From Tubiluchus corallicola (taxonomy: Eukaryota; Animalia; Priapulida), in contig JAQGDQ010002370.1 in assembly GCA_030141605.1 (NCBI GenBank), forward strand, positions 771,167 to 835,166: a stretch of 64,000 nt of DNA, given 5' to 3'. A program made the translations under genes and the position numbers. This document shows, piece after piece, positions 1-12,289 of this stretch. The notes below the pieces were generated by a model that had not been told where the DNA came from, searched no databases, and saw only the letters and a list, made by a program, of their open reading frames with translations. Position 1 is the first letter of the stretch; the number at the start of each line of letters is the position of its first letter.

Positions 1-2777
1 ATTTTCCCATAAACTTCTACTTTCATTTTTATTTGCTCCATGTTACTTCTCTTTGGCTATTCTTCACTCATTTTTAGTAGTTTTGTTGTTGTTCAGATTG
101 TAATTTTACAGGTAAAAAATACATTACCAGTAACCTATGTTATATCATAGTTTAAACTACGAGGCTTGCAGCATCAAGTAAAACCAGTTCTGCGTAAATT
201 AATTCATTAGCAGGACGATTTGCACGACGATGTTCACACGTCAACTGACGACAAACCATTATGCTTATAACATTTCAGGCAGTTCATAATAATTTTACAG
301 CAATAATAATCACAATAACAGCATAACAACGACAAGAACAGCAACCCTTTATGCATCAGCCTATGTCCATGGTTTTTGTTACATTTGGACGACCTAGTCG
401 TATTTGATGATGAATGTCATATTTGATACTAGGCGTGTCAATATTTGAGTGAAAAAACCTATATATTACCCTTGTAATGTTCTGTACTGCACTTCTGTTT
501 GTAACCTCTGTAGCAAAGGATTTCGTTACACCACGTACTGTAACTATACTGCATTTGGAGCGATTGAACGTTTACACCATTTACATCACGTTTGTTATAA
601 ATTAAACTGGTGAAGTTATTAATTAATACAATTCCGAAGAACACTTTGTCAAAACGTGACCAGAATCAGCATACATGTAAACGGAATTTATAAAATCACT
701 GATTTATGACTGAGTAAAACATAATCGTTCGCGTGATAATTAGTTTGTACAGACCTGGCTATAGAATTTGATTAGCAAAATTCCAAAAATTAATATTTTT
801 AAACCGTGAGCAACAAAGAAGCCCGTTTGCTGTCATCGTCACGTTAGTAATGGAGTCATAACAGTGAATAACTCTAAAACTTTAGAATCACAAACTTCCA
901 ATATACACACGTGACCCGGGGCTCACATAATGGTATGATAGAATAAGCTGGGATTGTTTAAGGGCCCGGGATAGAACCCAAATAGGCAAACTGTTCAGTC
1001 ACACATGAGTAAATAGCACTGGACCGGATATAGTCAATTGACAGTCACGAGCACTGTGCACTCTGGTCAGTCACACATGAGCGAACTACACTAGACCAGG
1101 CATAGTAAAGCGCGGTCATGCTCGGAGACTTGGATCTCAATTGATTCAGTTTTGTTAAGAATCTTTTTTAAGCTGAAATGTGTTCATAATTTTAGTTTTG
1201 ATAGTCTAGAGTGAGTAAAAATGGTAAGATTGGTATTTTTTTATTTTGATGTACTACATTAACTATAGTTGAAAAATCACAATCAATTAAGATTAGAAAA
1301 TTAAACAGAAAAAAATCATTTACATAAAATCATACGTATAAAGTACATAAATTTTTATAGACAAATTTTAATACATTTATTATTATAATGTGGAAATAAC
1401 ATTGTCACCTTCGACAGAGACTATATTTTTAAAAGCCGAGTAGCAGACCTATTGGCTAAGTCGTATATCGCATATAATGGTATCTGCTTCATTAAGATCA
1501 GAAATGAACCTAAAGTGACAATTTTACGAATTTAAAAGAGTAGGAATCATAGTTTTCTTTTGTGGACCTATATGGGAGGTTAAAAATTAGCGATTATAAA
1601 GCCGAAATAACAGTGTGACATAGACTATACACATATAAGCACAATGCATACTATAATGTTATTTTTAAGAAAAAATCGGCACCACATGCAACATAGTTTA
1701 ATATGGAATAGACGAGTACCTAATGTAAGTTAAAAGCTAAATGTGCACATAATTGCAGAATACCATGCACTATAATACATTATATAAAACACCATACAGA
1801 TTAGAGTCGTAAATAAAATAATTTTGGTTATTCTCCCTTAACACTAACTGACAACAGAAATCGAAAGTTAAGCTATTCAATGAAAATATTGTTATGTACA
1901 TGCATTACAAACGTGAACTGAAGAAAAAGACAGTTCAACAATAATCACACACTTATATAGCACTAGTTCACAGAAATCGACCCGGAAATCATTTCTGGTC
2001 TTTGTCGTAGAATAAGATCATAGCTAAAATAGTCGAAAAAGGCTGAGCACAGAAAAATAGAGAGAAGAGAGAGAGAAAGAGAGAGAGAATAGATTTATTC
2101 TCTATTTTTGTAAATGCAACTGGCCAAAATTGCGTGATTGCACGAAATTTACGACATACTGCTTTACGTTAATGGCGTTAATGGATGCAATTACGAATTC
2201 CTGATACAGTGTTTTTCACGAAATGCAATCGGTCTTGACTGCTAGAGATAACTTACAATACCTTTAACCTTACTAAACGCCTAGAAAACCATTCCATTTT
2301 CAAGTAGTTTGGAAGCCCATTAAGTTGTATTGTTCGCAACAACTAGGCATATTGATGTATAATAATAATAATGACAACACAACACTAAAATCAAAACTTC
2401 GCTTTTTAATGTTTCAGTTGACGCTGTTGTAGAAGACTCTTGCACCAACAAGGAATATTTGTGATGACGGAAACAATGAAATAGAAAAGTAGCTGATGCG
2501 ATTTAAAGCAGCAGTCAAGTAAAAGATGATGCCCATTATACTGAATTATTGCTAACTTTTCTATTGTTACCATGAAATGCAATTTGTACGCTTTGATGTC
2601 ATTTTATAAGGCAAATTAAGTAGAAATCAGTGGAACTGAGGACGATGTTCTAAATGTATTTTGGCCTATAAATGATTATATAATACTGTTAACTAAAGCT
2701 TACCACTTTGAATTATAATGCCTACATAGTACTCATTATAATAGAAAAATTATTGAACCGGAATTACTTTTGCTGTC

Positions 2778-5700
2778 TCACCGCCTGTTTCCATTGAAGT
2801 AGAGTTTAACTATTAAGCTTGATGCAAAGGCAGTTATTATAATGATCTCCGTGCCACTGGTCCGTGTACTAGCTCTGCTACTGCCAGTCAGAAAACGTTT
2901 CGATTTGGGGTCTATGTAATTGCACCCATCTTCCTCACAGCACCTAGTACAAGTCCAAGCATCTCTGTTTGTATCTCCGCACTGCCATCCCATTAATTCA
3001 TTCACAGATAAAGAACAGGGACGTAAGGCGCACTTCTTTGTTATGCTGTAACCGGTAGTTTCTGGAAAAGAAAAAGCAATTTGCACTGCTAATCTTTAAT
3101 AATGTGCTTGGCGTAGTTAACTGACAATTTGCTTGCTTTCATCCAATTTGTTCGCTCTCTGTTAGTACAATGTTGATAAGTCATCAGTAATAGATCAAAT
3201 AAATAACAGCGGTCTGAGTATCGATCCATGTGGTACACCACGTGTTGCAGTATAAACTGTACTCATTTTACATTTTTTTTCGAATTGAGTGCAAATTGAA
3301 GGATAAGAAGATGTAAATCTGCGACAAAAAAACTCGTCATTAAGATGGTCACTGACAACGTGGAAGCAGATGTGGAAGGTAGCTATTCAACTTTTACAAC
3401 GCTTAAAATATAAATTGACAAAAAATTAAAGAGTGCTAGATCTTTACTTCGTGAACGAAACAAACTTCGAATTTCGTATTAAGGATATTTGTTTATTTAA
3501 ATCAATTCGTTGTTTTTTTCGTGCATTTTCTAAACCAGTTGACGTGCCTTAACATTTGTCATGTTGAGATCAATCTGTTTTTCCTTCAAGTGCAGCACAG
3601 AGTAGTACTCGCAACTGCAAGCAGACACATATATACTAACTTTGCAAAACTCACAAAGTCACAGCTTCTCAACTGAAGAGACTGCATTAAGAACAAACGA
3701 TCACAAAAATAACAAAAAAAAACGGTTGCTTTGTGGAACGACAATATCTCCAAGGAACACATCAGATCCATATCAACTGCCATATTTTGTACATTTACAT
3801 ATATTTTAAAGCAGACATAATTTTAGTAGGTAATAATAACAGTAGATAGCAAGAGATAGATAACAACAATAAGCATTAGTATAAGCACTTTGTGATAACT
3901 TACTGTGATAATTTATCGTAGTTTCGCATGTATCTGTAGCTATTTTTTTGGTACTACAATCTACTAAATTTTCCTCTTGGACACAGTCTTTGTTATCAGC
4001 TACATCCCAGCATTCATAGCACTTTAAAGCAGATGCTGAAAAATAAATAAACTTACTAATGAAAAGTCTACTTCAACAAAAAATATAAAAATGCATTTTA
4101 TCTAACAAAAGTGTTATAACAGACAAAAGGCCCTGCTTTTATTTTTCAAAAGCCTTTCCAACAATAAATGTTATTATATAATTAAGCTGTAACTACGCAC
4201 CTGTAATTTATGTCATTTATTGAATGCGAAGTTGTTCTTTGATTGCAGTGATATCCATAACAACAGAACACTATACAAACATGACGGAATAAATCCACAG
4301 TTAATTAAAGTTTGGTAACAAGGAAATGTGAAAAGTTGAAAGACTGTCTGGATTTGAACCAGGGACTTTCGGCTTACAAAGCTGATGCGAGAACCACAAG
4401 GCCGCTATGGTAGTCCAAAGGTCATTAATGATAATCTTCAAGTTAAAATTATGAATAATTTAACATACAAAGCAGTTTACTATGGCAACGACAATTACTG
4501 TGATGATGGTGATGACTATGCTTATAATGGCGATAATGACGACGGTGATAATAGTGATAATGGTGATGATGATAATAACATTGATGATGATGATTACGAT
4601 GATGACGGTGGCTATGATAATGGATGATGATGATGATTTGATGGTGATGATGATAATGATGATGACGACGACGACGATGATGATGATGATAATGATGATG
4701 ATGAAAGCGGTGGTAATCATAATGACAATGATGGGTTATAATGGCAAATGTTAATGATTAATGATGATGATGATGACAGTGACGACAACAACGACTACGA
4801 CGATAAGGACAAGTACGAAAAAAAATAATGATGACACTTTGTCGACAGTCACTAATCACTATCATGACAACTATCTACTTTTACAAACTTAAGCCCATTT
4901 CACAATGAGGGCGACGACAAAATCCGTTGAGGAGAAATTCCTTGCGGTATTCCTCACGAAAATGGAACACATGGCGCATTTCGCAATGGCAATTTTCCTC
5001 CCGCAATTCCTCGCGAGGAATTCTGCTGCCAACTAGAAGCTATGTATTCTTCTCACGAGGAAAATTACCGCATGGTAGAAATATTGCATGTTCCATTTTC
5101 GTGAGGATCCCTCTCAGAATTTATGATTAATAATTAACTACTCAATTAGTTATTTCTTGTTTAACGATCAACAATTAATATATTTCAGCATAAGATTATA
5201 AGATTTAATAAGATTAATAAAGATTAATAAAATATAAGATTTTTCGCCTTAACAAACAAGCGACTTTATGTTTTATTAAAGTATGCAATTATTGTATAAC
5301 ATAAATAATAGTATACAATCGTTGTCAGTTTAAACAAAAAGCAGAAGTAATCATTATGATTTTTATTGAAATTGTGAAACATGACTCGCACAAGAAAACT
5401 TACAAGAAGTTAAAGTTCGTTACCTAAAGGTTACTAACAGCTTTTAAACGAAGGGTCAACCCAGTCCCTGAAGTTTACATCTTTTTTGTAATCGAGTCCT
5501 GCAGCAAAGCTAATAACTCGTCGTAAGTGTCCGGAGTGATACTAATCTAACTGTAAATTTCTGCAAATCTTCTCTCAAATTTTCGTACAAGGTTGCAACA
5601 TCACCACGGTGCTGTCTTATTTTGTTAATTGGGTACACCCAATAAAGATGATAAATAGTAGCACTTAGTAAAAGCATGATGTCGTCTTCGCTGTCTATGT

Positions 5701-8700
5701 TGACGAGTAAGGCCCATTTCACAGTGAGGACGCAAAGAAAATGACACACGAAATTGCTGTCAGAAAATCAGAAAATTTTCAGAAAAAAAAACATTTCAAT
5801 GTGCGTTTTTTTCCGCTCGTCCAGTTAGTTGCAGCTACTTTGCGAGTTGCAGGTTTACAGCTATTACTCGATCGTCAACATGGATAATGAAGACGACGTC
5901 ATGTTTTTACTAACTGTTAACTATAATTACGATAGTATTAATTACCATCGTTATTGACGGAACCCAATTAACGAATCAATAGAGCACCGTGGTGTTGTTC
6001 CAACCTTGTATGGGCATTTGAAAGACGATCAAGAGAAATGACCATGGCTATTACAAAAAATAACACACAAAATCGTCTCTTCTGTTAAAAGAGAGATTAA
6101 ATCCTTATAATTTTATGTTAAAATGTGTTAATTGTTGTTCGTTAAACAAGAAAGAAGTAATTGAGCAGTTAAATTTTAATCGTAATTCCACGAGGATTCC
6201 TCACGAAAATAGAACATGCAGGATTTCTACAGTGCGGCAACTTTCGTCGTGAGAAGGACGCATACCTTCTAGCTGGCAGCAAAATTGCTCACGAGGAAAA
6301 TCCTCATGAGGCGTCACGGTGAAATGCTCCTAATATGCCTACATGCCTGTAACTCGCAATGTTGTTGTACAGGGCGCGCGTTTTCACTGTGAAATAAACA
6401 TTTTTGTTGCATAGGGATTTCGAGAAAAAATCGTAAATTTTCTGATTTTCTGACAGCAGTTCCATGCGTCACTTTCCTTGCGTTTTCTACTTGAGAAATG
6501 AAAACAAACTCAACGATATAATAGCTTATGTTGGAACCTCTAGCTTAACTGCAAATAGCATTAGTTTTCTGTAAAAACTATTGTATACATTTTTGTGAAT
6601 ATCTTTAAGTCACAAATGAACGCTGTTACCACCAGATTTTATACACAAGTCTGACTGGACATCATAATGTGGAATTAATTCCACTCTGCTCAGTGGTAAT
6701 TTTGTCTTATGATTCGTACCATAAAACGCATGCACTTCATAATGCACCCAAAAGAGAGATGCTATAATGGATAAGCAATAATTTTGCTTTCAGCCACTTG
6801 AACATGGGTACCATAAACAGCGGTAAAAGTGGTGGTCGTACTTTCTATAGAAACGGGAAACCCTGTTTTCATTTCAAAGCACCCCAGAGATTTTGGAAGC
6901 TTCGAGCAATGTTATAAACGTAAGTTATCTATGTTCACCAAAACAACTCTTTACTTATAGCGGTGTTAACTAAATATCATTGCAACTACGTAACTTCGAC
7001 CTCGACAACTTACATGAAGTCCTTTCATGTTCTGGAGCAGGCCACGAGAGCCAAATATTAATAGCTTGCCACTGCACCGGCAAGCAAAGCCATCATATTG
7101 CACTTTAATTCCCAACATTACAATCGCAATGGACATACTCAGCTAGAGCGGTCCAGTCGTTAATCGCCAGGAAAAGGACGCAATAAAACAAAAACATTCT
7201 GGCAATAAAACAAAAACTCATCCTCATGAGGCGTCACGGTGAAATGCTCCTAATATGCCTACATGCCTGTAACTCGCAATGTTGTTGTACAGGGCGCGCG
7301 TTTTCACTGTGAAATAAACATTTTTGTTGCATAGGGATTTCGAGAAAAAATCGTAAATTTTCTGATTTTCTGACAGCAGTTCCATGCGTCACTTTCCTTG
7401 CGTTTTCTACTTGAGAAATGAAAACAAACTCAACGATATAATAGCTTATGTTGGAACCTCTAGCTTAACTGCAAATAGCATTAGTTTTCTGTAAAAACTA
7501 TTGTATACATTTTTGTGAATATCTTTAAGTCACAAATGAACGCTGTTACCACCAGATTTTATACACAAGTCTGACTGGACATCATAATGTGGAATTAATT
7601 CCACTCTGCTCAGTGGTAATTTTGTCTTATGATTCGTACCATAAAACGCATGCACTTCATAATGCACCCAAAAGAGAGATGCTATAATGGATAAGCAATA
7701 ATTTTGCTTTCAGCCACTTGAACATGGGTACCATAAACAGCGGTAAAAGTGGTGGTCGTACTTTCTATAGAAACGGGAAACCCTGTTTTCATTTCAAAGC
7801 ACCCCAGAGATTTTGGAAGCTTCGAGCAATGTTATAAACGTAAGTTATCTATGTTCACCAAAACAACTCTTTACTTATAGCGGTGTTAACTAAATATCAT
7901 TGCAACTACGTAACTTCGACCTCGACAACTTACATGAAGTCCTTTCATGTTCTGGAGCAGGCCACGAGAGCCAAATATTAATAGCTTGCCACTGCACCGG
8001 CAAGCAAAGCCATCATATTGCAGTTTAATTCCCAACATTACAATCGCAATGGACATACTCAGCTAGAGCGGTCCAGTCGTTAATCGCCAGGAAAAGGACG
8101 CAATAAAACAAAAACATTCTCGGCATTTCTCACGGGACATTTTGAAGGAAGCGGGATGATTATGCGATCAATACGGCGCTCGTTGTGAAACCAATGCTCT
8201 TCTAGCCTACATTATTCGCTTATATGGGTTGCTGTAGGGATATTGGATTCCAAGCGTCAAGTAGTAATTTTGCTCATTTCTTAAGAAGCCTGCTGTTCCA
8301 ACGATTTTATAGTATTGTCATACAATATTACATATCGCCATGATGTCGGACTTGTAATGTAGAGTTGCACATTTGAAAACAATAAAAAGAAGCGTTTATT
8401 GTACAGTCAACGCGTACAAGTGTTACTACACTGAAGACCGCTGAAAAGCTACTGATTAGAGTGCGCAGTTAGATGTAACTAGAAATTGCGCGATGAAAAG
8501 TTGCAAACGGGGTCAAACTTTTAGTTGCGCAACAACCGTTTTGTAATTTTCAAGTTTAAATGAGAGCGCTGGCGAGAACAAGAATAAAATCTGGTATCAG
8601 GCCGAGAACGGGGAATTTATTTTGGTTCTTAATCTCGCTTATTTCACGTTTAGCTTAGAGAAGGCGGGAGAATCGATGTATCAAACTAATTACCTAAAGT

Positions 8701-11629
8701 TAAACAAATGAGTTAAAAACATCATAATGTACTTATTTACATTATCACTTCATATATAAGACATAACATAACAATATAATAACTTCACAACAAGACCTGT
8801 AAATAAAACTAAATAGTGTTAGCCAACGTCACGAAATTAACAATTCAATATATCACCATGGGATTCTTTACTCCCGAGTGTTTTTATTACATGAGGAAAA
8901 CAGCCTTCTATACGCAAGGAAAAGTCAACTTCCTTTTAATTACAGTTAGTCCATATTAAGTTAAGAGATAGCTTTTCCTCTTAACGTAGGGACCTATTCC
9001 GTCAACTTTCAGAGACGTCAGTTTTTTCCCCCAACAAGTTGTTTCCTGCCTAACAATTACATGGCTAGTGATGCGATAAGACAGGTTTACTACATACATA
9101 CTTGCACAATAAAACTACAGAAGTAATTATGTACTCTTTCTTTAAGTACTTCGTACAATTATTTATACAGAGCAAATAGTAATTTGCTTACTTCGGAAAC
9201 GAGTTTCCGACAAGCGCGCAGACATGCAATTTGTAAACAAAACACAATAGTTAAGCGTGAGAAAAAACAGCACCTTATGAAGGGCATAATTAAAGGTACA
9301 AAAGAAAAGAAAAACAAATTAATGAAGATAAATCATTGTTACTATCTCTGCTATTGTCTTTCAAGAAATTCTGTGACAAATTCAGAAAATGAAGATCAAA
9401 ATACGAAGTTTGAGTGAACACTTCCTGCGAACACGTTAGGCATGCTGCAGCTATTGCTGCCGCGAATTTCGCTCATTTTGCATTGTTTGTTAAAAAACTC
9501 CAGACGCATAGAAACTTTTACTGGAAAATGGAAGATAGGGATTTTGTAGCATTGTTGTTTTCCATGACAGATAGTTACCTGAATATGAGAACAGAAACCT
9601 AATAACTAAGAAATTTACTCGGATGAGCCCGTAAGTCGTCATAGAACTTGTAAAATTGTCCTTTCAGTAATACCTGCCCCACTACTTTCGACGTTTCTGT
9701 CTTTTTGTAAATTAATAATGCATAAATACAAGTAACGTCTTCAAGCGCCTTACCGCCAGTTGTGGGCCCTCGCAGCGCAATTAAAAGTTGTACAATTGAA
9801 AACTGCGGCAATTTTACTGGTGTACCGAAATCGAGCGCACACACACGCAATTGTTAATTGCCAGGCTGGTGCTATGGAGCTTGAAAAGTTTGCATGTATT
9901 TGTATATTATTAATTCATAAAAGACAAATGCACACCGGAAACACTTGGCCCGCCTAATAAATAGCCACCGATTACTGAAAAGGTAATTTTATAAGCTCTA
10001 TCACGGCAGACGGGCTCATTCGACTGAATTATTTAGTTATTATCGTATGAGTCCAAATAGTTTTGATGAACTGCTGCGTACTATTGGGTTGCACATTATC
10101 TATCTCGACATTAAGTGCAGAAATAAAACCATCTCCAACACCAAGACTTTTATCTTTGGTCTTCTCTTATTGCCCGTTTTGTCTGTCTTATAAGAGGTGT
10201 CTGTCATTGTAAAAGATCGCAATAGTAGGAAAAAATTCGAAAAAGGCAGCAGAAAGATTTTAATTGCTTGTAGTAAGACGTGTTTGTGTGCGCTGTTCAC
10301 TTTTCACTTTTCAGTAAATGTTTTGGTCTCCAATTTCCGAATTTGTCACTGAACATCCTAAAGGATGGTAGCAATAACAAAAAGAATTATGTATCTAATT
10401 TGTTTTTCATTTCTCTCTAATGTACGCTTAATAGAACCTTTTCATAAGGCGCTGCCTTATTCTTGCACTTAAATATTGTGTTTGGTTAAAAGTTGCGGAA
10501 TTAAAAATTGTATATCTGCACGCCCCCATTGAAAACAGTACATTACAAAATAGTTGCGCAACTAAAAGTTTGAGTTCAGCTTGTAACTTTTTAGTTCTTC
10601 AGTTATTTCTTCTCCGTAGATTTCAGTTATTTACAGATTTTGCAACAATTAGTTGTGCAACAGAAAATTGCGCGGGCCTAAGCTTGCTGATATTGGAGCT
10701 GTATGAGCACCAAAAACTTGATGATTTTAATTAATATGAACAGCAGTGCTTGTGTTTTGTTCCTTTTGAACCTTTTCATTGTAAGTTCTATAATAAAATA
10801 TCAAGAAAATGAAAACACACATTTTATTCAGTCGGTTTTATTATGAGCATTACATGTCGTGAAACAATCAATATCTGGAATTTGCGACACATGCCTTAAC
10901 ATACGGCCTTCAACACGTTGCAAACACTTGTTTAAACCCAACACCGTTTGACGAAAAGCACCGTAATTTTATTAATAAACATAATTATGAAAATACACAT
11001 ATTGTACATAATTGTGAAACGTAATTATTCCCAGCAAGCTTCAGAAAATTTATGGCAAAACGAGCACTTGTGTGGGAAGATGTTCTTGCCTAAAAACGAT
11101 TAATTATGAAAGAATTTGAGAAATGTTTAGTCTAGAAATGATTCACGATGGCGTGATGAATGGTTCACGAAATAATAGTCTACAATTATTTACTCAATGT
11201 AACTCAGCATCTGCAGAGTCAGCCGCCAGCAAATCTCAAAGGGTTTAAATTGCATTTGTGAGAATTAGATTCCAGTAGACCAGTATGCCATTATAGTGTG
11301 ACGATAAATCCGAAATACCACTACCACATGTCTGCGTTTAACGTGTTTTCATTTATACGAACTGTGTCTAATTAACACGTCTTACTTTGTAAATGAAACT
11401 GAAAGGGCTTGAAATTTCATTCACATATTAACTGTTAAGAATATTTTATAATTGTAAAAAACCGTCATTTGAATGGAGCTACTTCGATTTACAAATTTAC
11501 AAATTGCAAGTCAGTCTAAAGTGACGTTTCAGTTATAGGGGCAGCAGATGTAAGGGGGACAAAACCTTTTGCAACAGAGTACACGACTAGCAACAGAACA
11601 AGTTCCCAAGCTTTTAATTTCAGCATCAT
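2778..11629 (-). CDS. LYPD6-like Ly6/uPAR (three-finger) protein, paralog A; exons 11629-11566, 4035-3904, 3061-2778; 159 aa
   Basis: GT-AG phase-1/phase-1 splicing gives MMLKLKAWELVLLLVVYSVAKASA-LKCYECWDVADNKDCVQEENLVDCSTKKIATDTCETTINYHKTTGYSITKKCALRPCSLSVNELMGWQCGDTNRDAWTCTRCCEEDGCN-YIDPKSKR...IIIITAFASSLIVKLYFNGNRR*. It has a signal peptide, LxCxxC start, CCxxDxCN end, 12 Cys and a hydrophobic tail. Exons 2-3 are firm; the exon 1 donor (AAG|GTTTTG) is weaker. Confidence 0.88.
3170..3320 (-). mobile_element. Degenerate non-LTR retrotransposon RT fragment
   Basis: Translates as ...TRGVPHGSILRPLLFI*SITDDL, matching the RT motif GVPQGSxLGPLLFxxYINDL. Confidence 0.75.
4342..4410 (-). mobile_element. 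tRNA-derived SINE head / tRNA pseudogene
   Basis: Minus strand has an A-box-like TAGCGGCCTTGTGG and B-box GGTTCAAATCC; no clean acceptor stem. Confidence 0.5.
4495..4805 (+). repeat. Degenerate (GAT/GAC)n trinucleotide low-complexity tract
   Basis: Directly visible; explains the poly-D/M/I ORFs. Confidence 0.9.
4891..6500. mobile_element. Nested/inverted PIF-Harbinger-derived non-autonomous elements
   Basis: Termini tta|AGCCCATTTCAC (4891), taa|GGCCCATTTCAC (5711), GTGAAATGCTCC|taa (6330). Inverted arms about 5000-5210 vs 6095-6305, 5570-5710 vs 5865-6030, and 5711-5780 vs 6436-6500. Minus ORF 5510-5749 has YWVYPINKIRQHRGDVATLYENLREDLQKF, resembling the Harbinger transposase N-terminus. Confidence 0.75.
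6300..8120 (+). repeat. Tandem duplication, 2 x ~901 bp (6300-7200, 7220-8120), period 920
   Basis: Copies identical by eye except C7103/G8023; about 19-bp junction insert. Confidence 0.95.
8470..10678. mobile_element. Second pair of oppositely oriented Harbinger-derived elements
   Basis: + strand ~9875-10140: FYKLYHGRRAHSTELFSYYRMSPNSFDELLRTIGLHI. - strand ~9600-9730: LLKGQFYKFYDDLRAHPSKFLSY. TIR-like GGGCCC..GCGCAATT (9763) and AATTGCGCGGGCC|taa (10678). Arms 8495-8570 and 10520-10590 are inverted. Confidence 0.75.
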
Positions 11630-11705
11630 TAATAATTTTATAATTATAAAAAATGTCTTTAGGTGTCTTAACTTGCAGTAACAAATGATCACTAACACTT
11701 GTATG

Positions 11706-11712
11706 CTTTATA
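11706..11712 (-). promoter_or_regulatory. Candidate TATA box (TATAAAG) of Ly6 paralog A
   Basis: About 80 bp upstream of the ATG at 11629, with TTAGT/TCATT initiator-like motifs about 20-28 bp downstream. AT-rich background limits significance. Confidence 0.35.
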
Positions 11713-11904
11713 GCTTTTTTGAGCGCAGTATCACCAAAGTTAAATTACAGATCTTTTTATATTAAATCTGGCAAAACGTCATTGAACTAGAGCGTTGCTC
11801 AGTAAAGCGCAGACTCCGTCAATGCAAACAAACTTAGAAATGTACGTCTAACTCTTTTTTGGCACAAATAGAAGTAAAACAGACCATATCCGCCTCAAAA
11901 TTTA

Positions 11905-11975
11905 ACTGCTGCTGCTGCTGCTGGTGGTGCTGCTGCTGTTGTTGCTTCTGCTGCTGCTGATGCTGCTTCTGCTGC
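11905..11975 (+). repeat. (CTG)n degenerate microsatellite
   Basis: Directly visible. Confidence 0.85.
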
Positions 11976-11977
11976 AA

Positions 11978-12217
11978 TTTGGACACATGGGTCATTTCGA
12001 CACGGGCTACTTCGACACATAGATAATTTGGACAAAAATTATCTACGCTTCTGAATACTGCGTGAAAAACACCTAGTGTCCAAATGTCATATGTGTCCAA
12101 AGTGCCTTCAGACCAGATGTCCTATGTGTCCAAATGACCTATATGTCCAAACTGCCTTGTATCTAAATGATCTATGTGTCCAAAGTACCTTGCGTCCAAA
12201 TGACCCATGTGTCCAAA
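11978..12217. mobile_element. Small MITE-like element with internal GTCCAAATGACC-type subrepeats
   Basis: Perfect 20-bp terminal inverted repeat TTTGGACACATGGGTCATTT / AAATGACCCATGTGTCCAAA. Confidence 0.7.
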
Positions 12218-12289
12218 TAGTTCCAGAAGAAAAAGTCCTAGACGAAATAAGGACATGATAAGGAACAAAAGGTTTGGGCATCTGAGTAC

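Noticed and set aside
2418-2464. Possible + strand terminal exon (tttcag|..DAVVEDSCTNKEYL*)
   Set aside because: Too short, no upstream exon found, and it may lie in the Ly6-A 3' UTR region.
4385-4754. Poly-Asp/Met/Ile ORFs
   Set aside because: Translations of a (GAT)n tract; open in several frames on both strands.
12076-12258. Cys-Pro repeat ORF or CRISPR-like periodicity
   Set aside because: Internal subrepeats of a MITE; no unique spacers, no cas genes, eukaryotic context.
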